A stretch of 58,933 nt of DNA from a virus (Duplodnaviria > Caudoviricetes): IMG/VR virus record IMGVR_UViG_3300012284_000001, positions 1 to 58,933 of that record. One strand, 5' to 3'. Within the stretch, counting starts at the first letter, position 1. Each line of letters starts with the position of its first letter. Under the pieces are notes generated by a model. That model worked only from the letters and a program-made list of their open reading frames with translations, searched no databases and was not told the DNA's origin. Of the stretch, positions 25,417 to 35,575 are shown in pieces. A program made the position numbers and the translations under genes.

Positions 25417-26813
25417 TATGCAATCCTCCAAAGTTGTAATCTGATGTTTTTGTAGTAGGCACTGTCTTGTCCTTCTGCGTCGAAGTCAAAGTCATGGACA
25501 CCACTAAGCGATAAGTTTGCACTGCCTGAAAATGCAGACCAGAATAACCCGCTGTCTCTGCCGCCTTCATTTTTACCTTCGACCTGCATCAGCGTGGTCG
25601 AGTTATCAAGCTGCAATCGGTGTGCGTAATCCTTGTTATCGTCTGCACCAAAATCGGCTGACCATGTCACGTAATAGTCACCAGCCGGTAGGGATGGGGT
25701 CGTGAATCGCTCGATCAGCGCGTAGCTGCCAGATGAAGTTGACTGCTGGCCTAGTGCCTCGAACTCATTGTACTCGCTTCCGAAAACGCCACCACCACCA
25801 GCATCTTCCCAAGCGTAGTCGTAGTCACTGGCAGACTGCTTGGTCAGCACCTGATCGATGGCACCACCAGCTGGAGCGCCTGCATTGGCTGTTGGTAACG
25901 CGCCAGTCACATCAGTGGTCAGGTCGATCAGGTTCCGTGTGATCACCTGTCCGACAATCGTGATGTAGTCTGGCGTTCCGGCCAGGGTCACGTCAGTCGA
26001 GTTATCGGTACCCGCTACATCGACGTTTAACGTACCGCGTGCCGTGGCCGCATCGGCATCATCGACCAGGGTCGCGCCAAAGGCACTGATTGTAGTGTTA
26101 GCCGGTAGGCTTAAAGTCGCCGCGTCATTATCAAGATCACTGACCTGTGACACCGTGACACTGAGTGCTGCTTGATGTTGCGTTACCGCGCTTTGCGGGA
26201 CATTGGCATCGAGCAGCGTACCGACTTGAATATCGTCGGCATTAACCACGATTGTGCCATCGGCATTGGCGACGACATTGAATGTCCGATCCGCCGAGAG
26301 ATTGCCACCACCGGTTAAACCCGCACCGGCAGTCAGTAAGCGCGTACTCGGCACCTCATCGATCCAAGTCGTGCCGTTGTAATGCTCGATCAGTTGTACG
26401 TCCGTGTTGTAAAGCGTCAAGGCGGTTGCCGGTGCTGCGATGGCATCCCGCTCAACCGTGGTCATGCGCGGTAGCAACATGCCTTGCGTGGTTGAGGTAA
26501 GCGTGAGTATTGACGATGCGACTTGACCGCCGCCAATTGCCACAGCGCCAGCGTCATTAATCAGGACTGAGCTGTCCTGCAGCAGGTCGCCGGTCACCCC
26601 GTCATAACGTGCAATTGCCTCGTCGGTTGACGCAACGGGGCCGTCGAGTGGTGTCACCCACTGAGTGTTATAGTCGGTGGCGTCAATTTTGGCGAGGTGC
26701 TGGCCTGCCGCTCCTCCAACGGGTACACCCTGGCCATCGTTGCCGGGTGGACCTTGTGGCCCTTGTGCCCCGGTTGCACCTGCTACACCTGTTAGTACAC
26801 TATCGTCTGCCAT
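25416..26813 (-). CDS. Tail fibre/appendage protein with a short collagen-like segment
   Basis: GATGAQGPQGPPG; fibre modules shared with 27919..29397; TAATG-coupled start. Confidence 0.7.
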   Translation of the reverse strand: MADDSVLTGVAGATGAQGPQGPPGNDGQGVPVGGAAGQHLAKIDATDYNTQWVTPLDGPVASTDEAIARYDGVTGDLLQDSSVLINDAGAVAIGGGQVASSILTLTSTTQGMLLPRMTTVERDAIAAPATALTLYNTDVQLIEHYNGTTWIDEVPSTRLLTAGAGLTGGGNLSADRTFNVVANADGTIVVNADDIQVGTLLDANVPQSAVTQHQAALSVTVSQVSDLDNDAATLSLPANTTISAFGATLVDDADAATARGTLNVDVAGTDNSTDVTLAGTPDYITIVGQVITRNLIDLTTDVTGALPTANAGAPAGGAIDQVLTKQSASDYDYAWEDAGGGGVFGSEYNEFEALGQQSTSSGSYALIERFTTPSLPAGDYYVTWSADFGADDNKDYAHRLQLDNSTTLMQVEGKNEGGRDSGLFWSAFSGSANLSLSGVHDFDFDAEGQDSAYYKNIRLQLWRIA

Positions 26814-27919
26814 TATGCTGTGAACTCCGTAATTTGACAAAAAGAGACATTGCGAAAGGCTGGTGCCGCCGTCCCGAATGGTGTCGCATCACCGTCGAGC
26901 TGGTTGATATACAGCGTGTAACCACCACTTGTCTCAACGCCTGCGCGAACTTCGTAAGTATGCGGCCCCACAGTTCCCGGCGTGTCCCACACCTCAATCT
27001 GTAGGTAGTCACCAACATCTTTCTCAGCAATCTGATCTGCGGCGATACCAATGATTGTGCCATCGCGCACGATCATCAGTCGCGCACCCCTGTTATTAGC
27101 ACTCATATCGTAAGACACACGCGCCTCGATCTTGACGCGGTTAGCGGCATCTTGCAGCGTGGTCATCATCGAGCTAAGTAGTAACCCATCTGTTGCGCTG
27201 ACATTCGTATCTTCATCGATCTTCAATGTGGTGCTGTCGATCTGATCAATCGGATCGACCATAACCTTGACCAGAATATTCGGCACCACTTCTTCGCCGG
27301 AAGAGCCACGCCGGATCCGGATAATTCCCTCAGTTGGACTAAGCGCATACAGGATCGGTTTGCTGACATCGGGAAAAACAGGATCGGTTGTCTGAATCCC
27401 ACCGGCTACGGTTGGCGATAGAAAATACACGTTGTCAGGGGTCAAACCGGAAAAGACATTCACGCGGCCACTCAGAGAGACAGTGAACTCATCCGCATCT
27501 GGAACCTCGGTCACAACACCCAGTGCTTCAGAGTTTTCAGGCAAATCAGCCTGTGCCTTTAGCCACGCCCCTGATTCATACCGCAACACGTCACCCACCA
27601 CAAAACCATGTGCGACCTGATCGACTTCTTCTTTTACCGCATTTTCATCGTCCGGCGGTGTACCGTTATGCGCAAGCACTACAGCATCGGCGGCTGCTTG
27701 CTCGGCACCCGTCAGTGGGTTAGGGAAATAAAGTAGTATGTCGAGATCGACCTCAAGCGTTGCGCCAGCTGTATCGACATTGTTAACCTGATTGCCTGCT
27801 AACGCGGGGTCGGCACGCAGCTCATCGACTAACAGCGGCGAGTAGAGTGTATTTCCTGGCGTCCAGTCCGAGGGAAGTGTCGTGTCGTAAACTCGTGGTT
27901 GACCGTTTCCTGTTGGCAT
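26813..27919 (-). CDS. Virion appendage/fibre-associated protein
   Basis: HGFVVGDVL...AQAD...ALGVV...GLTP..VYFLS pattern; beta-sandwich C-terminus. Confidence 0.6.
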   Translation of the reverse strand: MPTGNGQPRVYDTTLPSDWTPGNTLYSPLLVDELRADPALAGNQVNNVDTAGATLEVDLDILLYFPNPLTGAEQAAADAVVLAHNGTPPDDENAVKEEVDQVAHGFVVGDVLRYESGAWLKAQADLPENSEALGVVTEVPDADEFTVSLSGRVNVFSGLTPDNVYFLSPTVAGGIQTTDPVFPDVSKPILYALSPTEGIIRIRRGSSGEEVVPNILVKVMVDPIDQIDSTTLKIDEDTNVSATDGLLLSSMMTTLQDAANRVKIEARVSYDMSANNRGARLMIVRDGTIIGIAADQIAEKDVGDYLQIEVWDTPGTVGPHTYEVRAGVETSGGYTLYINQLDGDATPFGTAAPAFRNVSFCQITEFTA

Positions 27920-29397
27920 TATGCTACCCTAAAAATTGAAAATTGCTTTCGACGAATATACGCCGTGGTATCGGCCCGGTATTGAAAAGCCAGTGTATGC
28001 GCGGCATTGGTTAGTGTCACAATCCGATGACCAGCGAATGCCGTCCATGCAATACCGTCGGCTTCTTCTCCTTCCTTGATTCGCCATTCTATGTTGGCGA
28101 TCTCCGTGCCATCGAGCGTGATCCGGTGAGAAGCACTCTTATCGGTATCTTCACCGGCATCACAAAACCACTGGATCATGTAATCGCCAGCCGGTACGAC
28201 CGCCGTGGTAAACGAGAATGGCGTGATATAGGTACCACTGGTCGTGGACTGCTGGCCGTCGCTATATGATTCCTCGAATTCGCTACCGAATATAGCAGCA
28301 CCCATCGGATCAGCCCACGTACCATCGGCCCTGAGAAAGTTTACAGTGCCGCCGCCACTGGCCGGGGTAAAGCCATTGGTCGCTGCGTCGAAGACAGTGT
28401 GCAATGCACCGTTGCCGCGGTTACCGTGCTGTGCATCCGTGGCCAGCACACCAACTTGGATATCGTCGGCGTTAACCGTAATACTGCCGTCCGCGTTAGC
28501 CCCTACGTCAAACGTACGGTCCGCGGTCAGATCCCCGCCGCCGGTTAGGCCAGCGCCTGCTATAAGATCACGCGTATCTGGAGGTACCCCAAGCGTGGCT
28601 CGTGCTGTGGCGGCGTCCGGATCGTCGACCAGTGATGCACCAAAGGCGCTGATGGTTGTATTGGCTGGGAGCGAGAATGTCTCCAGATCGGTATCAAGTG
28701 CACCGACATCGAGACCGTCTATCGTTCCGGGTGTAGTGAGGTTGCCGGAATCATCGATAAGAACGAGTGAATTCTGGATGAGCTTACCGGTTGTGCCGTC
28801 GTAACGTGCAATCGCGTTATCGGTTGCACTCGCTGGGCCTTGAACGTCCGCTGTACTGACGTTCGGGATCCGGGTCCAGTTACCTGCGAATGTCGTCGTA
28901 CTCGGATTGTCGATAACCGCGACCAGCAGATCACCTACGGCAAAGGGCTCACCGTCGACAGTCCCGGCAACAGTGGTGTTATACCAGTCGCCCTGATTAG
29001 TACCTGCACCACCGGGGAACGTACCGGCGCTCGCATCGAACGTACCGCTGTATTCGCCAAAGGCAGGTGGTGTCGCCCAGGTTCCGTCAGCACGCAGGAA
29101 CGCACTGGTACCGCCGGGAGAGGTAGGAGCGAAGCCAGCGGCACCGGTTGTAAACACCGCATGCAATAACCCACCGCCCAGATTGCCATGCTGCGCATCG
29201 TTGGCCAGCACACCAACCTGAATATCGTTAGCGTTGACGACGATACTGCCATCCGCATTAGCGACAACGTCAAAGGTTCGATCCGCGGTAAGATCGCCAC
29301 CACCCGTCAGACCGGCGCCAGCAGTCAGTGTCCGCGTTGGTGGGACCGCTGACGCCTCCTGGCTCAGTGGTTTCAGGCTGATGGTTTTGCTGTTCAC
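27919..29397 (-). CDS. Tail fibre/appendage protein with internal duplication
   Basis: Two copies each of AGAGLTGGGDLTADRTFDV.ANADGSI.VNA.DIQVGVLA.DAQHGN and FLRADGTWA. Confidence 0.7.
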   Translation of the reverse strand: MNSKTISLKPLSQEASAVPPTRTLTAGAGLTGGGDLTADRTFDVVANADGSIVVNANDIQVGVLANDAQHGNLGGGLLHAVFTTGAAGFAPTSPGGTSAFLRADGTWATPPAFGEYSGTFDASAGTFPGGAGTNQGDWYNTTVAGTVDGEPFAVGDLLVAVIDNPSTTTFAGNWTRIPNVSTADVQGPASATDNAIARYDGTTGKLIQNSLVLIDDSGNLTTPGTIDGLDVGALDTDLETFSLPANTTISAFGASLVDDPDAATARATLGVPPDTRDLIAGAGLTGGGDLTADRTFDVGANADGSITVNADDIQVGVLATDAQHGNRGNGALHTVFDAATNGFTPASGGGTVNFLRADGTWADPMGAAIFGSEFEESYSDGQQSTTSGTYITPFSFTTAVVPAGDYMIQWFCDAGEDTDKSASHRITLDGTEIANIEWRIKEGEEADGIAWTAFAGHRIVTLTNAAHTLAFQYRADTTAYIRRKQFSIFRVA

Positions 29398-29966
29398 CTA
29401 GTAATCTCCTTGACCTTGCTGATCAACCCGTTATTACCCCGGACAATGTCATACTCGCGTAGTCTGGTGTCGGATTCTGGTTTAACCACAATCTCCTGAT
29501 TACCCTGCTCAACCCTGACATCAATATCCTTATTGGCAAAGGCGTCCATTGCTGCCGTCATTCTAGTCACGGCATCTACTACTGCCATCAGGTGACCACG
29601 CTGCGCGTCGTCCTGCGAGGCCATGAAAGTCGAGATCATCGAGTTACTGGACTCGATGGCATCCCTCAATGCCTTTTGCACGCTATCCTGATTCTCGTTG
29701 TACATCGCATCCATACTGCGATGCAGCTGGTCGTGATCTCGCTGGTATTGTGATGACTGGTTAGCCATGGCCTCGATCTGGGTTAATCGACTCCCGATGG
29801 CTTTCAGATCACTGACAACGGCTTGCTGTTCTTTCCGGATCTCGTATATGTCATCCAGTGCCGCCAGTGCCTGCTGCAGCTGCCCACCGATATCGGTCAG
29901 CTCCATTGGTTGCCGAGCGGCAGGCTGCGCACCGTCGTTTATTTGTGATGCTGATACTCGTTTCAT
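29394..29966 (-). CDS. Coiled-coil hypothetical protein
   Basis: ATGA-coupled start at 29966; helical body. Confidence 0.65.
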   Translation of the reverse strand: MKRVSASQINDGAQPAARQPMELTDIGGQLQQALAALDDIYEIRKEQQAVVSDLKAIGSRLTQIEAMANQSSQYQRDHDQLHRSMDAMYNENQDSVQKALRDAIESSNSMISTFMASQDDAQRGHLMAVVDAVTRMTAAMDAFANKDIDVRVEQGNQEIVVKPESDTRLREYDIVRGNNGLISKVKEITR

Positions 29967-32900
29967 GCTTGACACTCCCTCAATTGTTGAATAACGCCCT
30001 GCCGCTTTTCAAGCTGTCGCAGTGCCACATCGGCTTGTTCCTCGACTTCAATGACTTCGCCAGTCTCAGCCACCTCGACCTGGGACACCACATTGATACG
30101 AGCCAGTGGTACTGTTTTGCGCAGTTCGCGTCGCGCATCGGCCAATATAGCGGTGATGTCATCGTTTGTATATTCCAGCTCTAAACCCACCGACCGAAGC
30201 ATATTGCGTATCTTGGAAACGATTTGCTGGACAACCGATTGTTGTGGATCTGTTTCAGCCAAATGCGCAATATGCTCTTCGGCCATCTCACGCTGGCCTT
30301 CCGGGGTGGTGAGATCGATGTTCGCGTATGCGCGTGAGCGTGCACGCATGGCCTCGATCTCCGAGTTGAGCATCCCGGCGTATACCTTATCGAGAAGCTG
30401 GTTCAACTCGTCCTCATTCTTGTACAGCACCCGGAGCCCGTGATGCGCGACACCTTCGTGCAGCATCGTACGGACCACGTCCTCTGTACTCTCGTGATTG
30501 TTGGCAAAGATATAGAGCTTTCCGTTGTAATAAACACCTTTTGCCCTTCCTGCTCCCCGAGCCCGGATAGCGCGCTGCAGTTCTTCAGGGACTGATGCGT
30601 CAAACGGCGTATTGGTGACCGTTGCATTGATCCGGGGCATTTCAGCAGTTAGTTGTTTGACGGCCTGTTTCGCTTCCTTGGCCTGTACTACCCGAACCTC
30701 TTCTCGGCCAGCAATCCATTCCTGTACCGCCGGATCCTCGACCGCCTCGACCTTGCCTTCTTGAATAGCATTGTATATCGCTCGGGCCTCGACCCGGTCG
30801 TAACGATCAGCCAGGAAAGTCATTAGCGATGACTTCTCGCCACGAGACATTCCGGCGAAATCATAAGCTCGGCCATAAGGCGCGGCTTCAGTAGTAACAG
30901 GCTCACCCTCTTCTGCCCGGTATCGAATAACCGGCTTACGGCGTCGGCCTTGACGGCGTGCAGCCTCCGCGGCTACCTGTCGGAACTCTTCCTCGTTGGT
31001 GAGCGGTATCGCCTCAGCCTCTTCCCGCATCCTCGGACTGACGGGTTGTGTCTGATCACCGCGCTCAAGCCACCCTGTGAACTGCTCCTTGGTCATCGGG
31101 GTAACCGGGCCCACCTGCCACCCCTTGCTGTAATTGCGCTTGTACGCACGCATAGCGGCCATCTGGTTGGGGTACCCAATCATGACCTTGTGTTCATCAA
31201 AGGCGCCCGTTTCCTGATTGACCTGATCGACAACGAAGACCATGTCACTGGCGAGATCATCACCGATGAAAGCATCGAGCTGCTCGGTCGGACCCTCGGC
31301 ACTCTCCGTACCCCGGATATAGCCATAGTGGTCCTTCATCTCCCGGGTCCATGGCTTACCTGTGGTGGCGTCTACACCTTCACGTACGGATCCGGCAGGA
31401 TTCTCAATAGCGACCGTAGCACCCGGCAATCCGGTATCGGTCGGCTTCAGCTCACCTTTCTCGTACTGGCCAGTCTCTAACTGGGCCTGAGTCGGCATAG
31501 GTTTATCGTTGAGCGGCGATGTCGCTGCCTCGTTAGCCTTGGCATCGACTATGGCTTTGGTCTCTTCAGCGGGGCGCTCACCGGGCAGGGCAGGTTCTTC
31601 GGCAACAAATGGTCGCTCAATCCGGCCCTCGGCTTCGGCTTCGGCCCGTCTTGCCGCGCGCTCCTCTTCACGGACAGCGACCTCGGACGGTGGCAGTACT
31701 TCACCTTCCGGCGTAACCCGTGCTGCCGGGGGCGGCAATGCCGGAGTCGGCGCGACCTCTTCGACCGCGACCTCTTCGACCGTGGGTGTAGGTTCTTTCC
31801 TGGCCCTGGCCGCAGCCTTCATGCGTTCCAGTCCTTCCCTGACCTCGGGCTCGATGGCCTCGCCGATAGTCGTCGGCGCGACTTCCTGTGCCTCGACCGC
31901 CTCGGCTACCGCCTCTTCCCGTTCGGTCTCCTGCATGGCGCGCTGTACTTCGGCTTCCTGTATCTCGGCTTCTCGCTGAACTGCAGCCTCTTCCTCGGCA
32001 CGCGTAAACGCCAGTTCCTTGGCCGCGGCGACCTCTTCAGCTACTGCAGCAGCGACAGCCTCTGCTTTCTGTTCGAAGGGCACGCGTGCAATATTTGCCT
32101 CAGCCTGTATGACCTCGGCCAGTGGGCTCTCGGCAGTCGGCCGTGCCGCGCGCAGCTCCTGTGCTGCCTGCAATCTTTCTTTAAGCGTACCCTGCTGCGC
32201 GAAAGCCCACGGTCCCTGTTCTGCCATGACCGCGGATGCGGCCTCGGTTTGATCCAGTGCGTCACCACCCGCTGCCTCTGCTGCAGCCCGGGCCTCTTCC
32301 ATCTGCTGTTCGAGCGTGGGCTCGGCTCCAGTTGCAGCACGCGCTTGCATGGCACGCCGACGGCCGGTAAACAAGGATCCGATGAACTCGACAATCGCAC
32401 CAGTCGTGAAACCGACTGCGCCAGCCTCACCGGTACCAGTCCACAATTGCCGCTCGGGATCGTAGAGATCTGCTGCCACCATGTTCTCCATGATGGTCTG
32501 GAATCCCTCCTGTATACCCTCTTCAGTACCTTGAATCATCATGCGCTTGAGCGTGTCCTTAATCACACCCCCAGTCATTTTGTCAGCACGATTAAAGAAC
32601 GTGGCAATCGGCACAGCCTCAGACGCACCAGCCAGGGTTGTCTCGGTGGCGTACATCGCATCAAAAGCGACATCGATATCCGCGCCACCGCGAAGCGCGT
32701 TTTCGAAAGCGAATGATTGTTGAACCGTGATACCGAGACCAGCCGTCGGTACGGCCTGTACCGCCATGGCGCCTGCTCGGCCCCTACGCGTTGCCAGATC
32801 CAGTGGTAAGCGACTGGTAACCGCCGCGGTGGGGCGTCGGGTTGTCGCGAACACACCCATATACCCTACTACCGAACCGAGTCCACTGGGGATCTTGCTG

Positions 32901-33964
32901 GCCCACCACTCATCCTGATACTCGGGGTTAGCCGGAAAAGTATCGCGCACCATCTGATCGAATGCCTCACCGGCTCGATACAGCGGTCGGTCGATTGTCT
33001 TACGCAGCTCATCGAGATACTCGGCCCGGGCACGTCTCCGGTTAAAAGCTAATGCCTCACCTTTGTTCTCCGGCCCTTCGATGTACATATCGAGTAACGG
33101 TGCCGTGAAGAGATTTGCCTTGGTACCGTACTTCTGCATACCGAGGGAGATGTGTTTGACTCTTGCATCGAATCGCTCAGGACTATCCGGCATAGCATCG
33201 ATACGGTCCATTTCATCCATCCAGCCCAGTAACTCGGTATCAGGGGCAAACCACAGTTGCACCGCTTTCGGTACAGCCGATAACAGCTGTCCCGCGCTCT
33301 GAGTAAAATTACCCAGTGCTGTCCACATACGTCCGATATCAGCATTCTCACCGGGCGGCGGCAGGTTAATCGGGTTAACCGCGGTTGTCTCTATTGGCCC
33401 CGCAAAAGCAGCAGGATCCTCTGGATCGAGTCCAGACCACAGCATGAGCTGTTCATCGGTAGGCTCGACACCGCTTTCCGGATCCCATGGCTCGATTGTG
33501 ATAGGTGGCTCTGGCTCGGGTAACGGCGCAGCAGGCTCAAGTTCAGGTGCAACAGGCTCGATACCCAGAATACGTGCTTCCCGCTCCTCGGGTGTGATAC
33601 CCGTGATACCGGGTGTCTGTCGTAGCAGCTCCTCGCGCGTGGGTTCGCGCGCGGGTAGGGGTTCTTCGGGTGCCGTCTCTTGATAACCAGACCAAGCCCT
33701 TAACTCCTCGTCCGTAGGCTCGCGTCCACTCTCAGGCGTCCATGGCTCCGGTTCGGGTGGAGGTTGAGGTTGAGGGGCTACCTCTCCCGGTGGTGCCGTG
33801 TAAGGCGCGGTGATCTCTTCAGGTTCCGGCGCTCCGGCTCCCATCTGTTGGGTTGACCATCTCCACAACTCCTCGTCCGTAGGCTCGCGTCCACTCTCGG
33901 GCGTCCACGGTGCGCGCACCGTCATCCCGGGTAGATTTAAAACGTCCTCTGGTCGAGTTGCCAT
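29963..33964 (-). CDS. Polyvalent ejection protein with InPase-like and metallopeptidase-like domains (1333 aa)
   Basis: IENPAGSVREG...YGYIRGT...DAFIG...VVDQ...FDEHKVMIGY (~31060-31470); HEGVAH with downstream EMAEE (~30280-30460); Pro/Glu N-terminal repeats. Confidence 0.78.
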   Translation of the reverse strand: MATRPEDVLNLPGMTVRAPWTPESGREPTDEELWRWSTQQMGAGAPEPEEITAPYTAPPGEVAPQPQPPPEPEPWTPESGREPTDEELRAWSGYQETAPEEPLPAREPTREELLRQTPGITGITPEEREARILGIEPVAPELEPAAPLPEPEPPITIEPWDPESGVEPTDEQLMLWSGLDPEDPAAFAGPIETTAVNPINLPPPGENADIGRMWTALGNFTQSAGQLLSAVPKAVQLWFAPDTELLGWMDEMDRIDAMPDSPERFDARVKHISLGMQKYGTKANLFTAPLLDMYIEGPENKGEALAFNRRRARAEYLDELRKTIDRPLYRAGEAFDQMVRDTFPANPEYQDEWWASKIPSGLGSVVGYMGVFATTRRPTAAVTSRLPLDLATRRGRAGAMAVQAVPTAGLGITVQQSFAFENALRGGADIDVAFDAMYATETTLAGASEAVPIATFFNRADKMTGGVIKDTLKRMMIQGTEEGIQEGFQTIMENMVAADLYDPERQLWTGTGEAGAVGFTTGAIVEFIGSLFTGRRRAMQARAATGAEPTLEQQMEEARAAAEAAGGDALDQTEAASAVMAEQGPWAFAQQGTLKERLQAAQELRAARPTAESPLAEVIQAEANIARVPFEQKAEAVAAAVAEEVAAAKELAFTRAEEEAAVQREAEIQEAEVQRAMQETEREEAVAEAVEAQEVAPTTIGEAIEPEVREGLERMKAAARARKEPTPTVEEVAVEEVAPTPALPPPAARVTPEGEVLPPSEVAVREEERAARRAEAEAEGRIERPFVAEEPALPGERPAEETKAIVDAKANEAATSPLNDKPMPTQAQLETGQYEKGELKPTDTGLPGATVAIENPAGSVREGVDATTGKPWTREMKDHYGYIRGTESAEGPTEQLDAFIGDDLASDMVFVVDQVNQETGAFDEHKVMIGYPNQMAAMRAYKRNYSKGWQVGPVTPMTKEQFTGWLERGDQTQPVSPRMREEAEAIPLTNEEEFRQVAAEAARRQGRRRKPVIRYRAEEGEPVTTEAAPYGRAYDFAGMSRGEKSSLMTFLADRYDRVEARAIYNAIQEGKVEAVEDPAVQEWIAGREEVRVVQAKEAKQAVKQLTAEMPRINATVTNTPFDASVPEELQRAIRARGAGRAKGVYYNGKLYIFANNHESTEDVVRTMLHEGVAHHGLRVLYKNEDELNQLLDKVYAGMLNSEIEAMRARSRAYANIDLTTPEGQREMAEEHIAHLAETDPQQSVVQQIVSKIRNMLRSVGLELEYTNDDITAILADARRELRKTVPLARINVVSQVEVAETGEVIEVEEQADVALRQLEKRQGVIQQLRECQA
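33702..33898. repeat. 32-bp exact direct repeat (33702-33733 and 33867-33898) within the repeated PWTPESGREPTDEEL peptide
   Basis: AACTCCTCGTCCGTAGGCTCGCGTCCACTCTC occurs twice; two more degenerate peptide copies. Confidence 0.85.
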
Positions 33965-33968
33965 TCAA

Positions 33969-34706
33969 TCACTGTGCCGCTGGTTGAGTTGTTGTGGTTG
34001 CGCCTTTTTCCGTTATTTTACGAGCCTGACCTCTACGTTTAGAAGCAAAATACTCTGGTGGCAGGTATCCATAAATTCCTAAATACTGAAACATTCGTTC
34101 ATTTTCGATCTCTGGGGTTGGCGCTGGCTTCAACAACCACGCTTTAGATACCTCACCGGCTCTAACCTGATCCGTCGTTGGCGATTCAAATCCAAACGGT
34201 ACATATATTACGACAGACTTGTTATCAACTCGCGTGGCTTCTTGGGTGTAAGTTGTTTGAGTTACATTGTCTGTGATCGAAGATTTTGCTGGCGTTTTCC
34301 TGATACCACCCCCGGGCAGAAAATCAGTGGACTCCTTAGTCATACCAGTAGTAAAGCGATCTTCTTTCTCTGTGATACGCATCGTTTCCCGGGCTGTTTG
34401 TGCAGTTTGCCGCATCTCCTCGATCTGCACCTCATGCGCTTGTTGAGCAACATCTCTCGCCTCTGTTGCTTCAATTCTTGTCTGAAGCTGCTCGGACTGG
34501 GATTTAAGTTGTTGTTGAAGCCGATCTTCAGCAGCAGCAGCGTCCAATGCCCGTTGTTCCTGGGCTGCTTTATCGCGCTGACGCTGCATCTGGTATTGTC
34601 GAGCATCTGCCGCCATGCGTTCCTGCTCATCCAGTTCACGCTTGGCTATACCGGAAAGACCCTTACCGGCTCCGGCGATAGCGCCATATATAGCTAGTTT
34701 GCCCAT
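33969..34706 (-). CDS. Putative ejection (internal core) protein
   Basis: Gly/Ala hydrophobic N-terminus followed by a Gln/Glu/Arg coiled coil; synteny. Confidence 0.6.
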   Translation of the reverse strand: MGKLAIYGAIAGAGKGLSGIAKRELDEQERMAADARQYQMQRQRDKAAQEQRALDAAAAEDRLQQQLKSQSEQLQTRIEATEARDVAQQAHEVQIEEMRQTAQTARETMRITEKEDRFTTGMTKESTDFLPGGGIRKTPAKSSITDNVTQTTYTQEATRVDNKSVVIYVPFGFESPTTDQVRAGEVSKAWLLKPAPTPEIENERMFQYLGIYGYLPPEYFASKRRGQARKITEKGATTTTQPAAQ

Positions 34707-35566
34707 CAGGCTGCACCTCCTCCTGCCGGGGGCATTCCACCTGTCGGTGGTGCACCTGCCGGAGGCATTGGTACCGCTGGGCCTTGTGCCGCTGATGTGG
34801 GCGGTACTGGCTGAGCTGCCGCTGCCGCTGCGTCTCCACCCGGCTGCGCCTCACCGAGAAAGCCATAATGTGCTTTCGACATTTGCGGTAATTGATCGGA
34901 GTATTCAGTTTGCAATTGTTCTACTTGCTGGGCGTCCATACCAAACATCGCCATGACGGCCTCCCAGGTTGCACCCAGGATTGCCTCCGATGTCGGCATG
35001 TCGAGTTCGTTACCAAATCGATTCTCGGCCAGCTCGATCACAGAATCTACTGCATCGATAGTGATTTGCGGAATAACGATCTCGTCCATATCAACCTTGT
35101 CATCGAGATTCTGAATCACCAGCGCCGTTGCTTTGGTTATCGTACTGACTGGATCGTTCCGATCCAGCTGTGTAATGATATCGTCAGCAATTGCATCCTC
35201 TTCAAATAGCACCCTATCCAGTGCACTCCTGACGCGTTCATACTCAGCGTCTTCTTCCGGAGAGGCTGCTTCTTCAGGAATATCAATGCCTTCTGCCTGA
35301 TAACCCTGTGCCCCGGGTCGAGACACATGTTGACCGGGTATATCTGAATCAGGGGGTAAGGTTGGCGGTTCCGCGGACTGTCCTAACGGACCTCCTGCTG
35401 GAGGTGGTCCGGCCGGTACCGGTCCGCCTGCACCCACACCCGGACTACCCGGGGGTTGTGCCGGACCACCAGCTGCAGGAGCACCGGGAGGTGCGCCTGC
35501 CCCTGGCGGAGGTACTGCTTGTGCTGCTTGTGCTGCGCGTGTCAGCGCGCCTTGACCGTTTGCCAT
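34706..35566 (-). CDS. Virion-region protein with Pro/Gly-rich termini
   Basis: AGGAG RBS; acidic helical core. Confidence 0.65.
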   Translation of the reverse strand: MANGQGALTRAAQAAQAVPPPGAGAPPGAPAAGGPAQPPGSPGVGAGGPVPAGPPPAGGPLGQSAEPPTLPPDSDIPGQHVSRPGAQGYQAEGIDIPEEAASPEEDAEYERVRSALDRVLFEEDAIADDIITQLDRNDPVSTITKATALVIQNLDDKVDMDEIVIPQITIDAVDSVIELAENRFGNELDMPTSEAILGATWEAVMAMFGMDAQQVEQLQTEYSDQLPQMSKAHYGFLGEAQPGGDAAAAAAQPVPPTSAAQGPAVPMPPAGAPPTGGMPPAGGGAA

Positions 35567-35575
35567 GCTAGTCTC

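Noticed and set aside
33702-33898. Direct repeats here and in the fibre genes as a DGR template/variable pair
   Set aside because: No reverse transcriptase; the repeats are in-frame intragenic duplications
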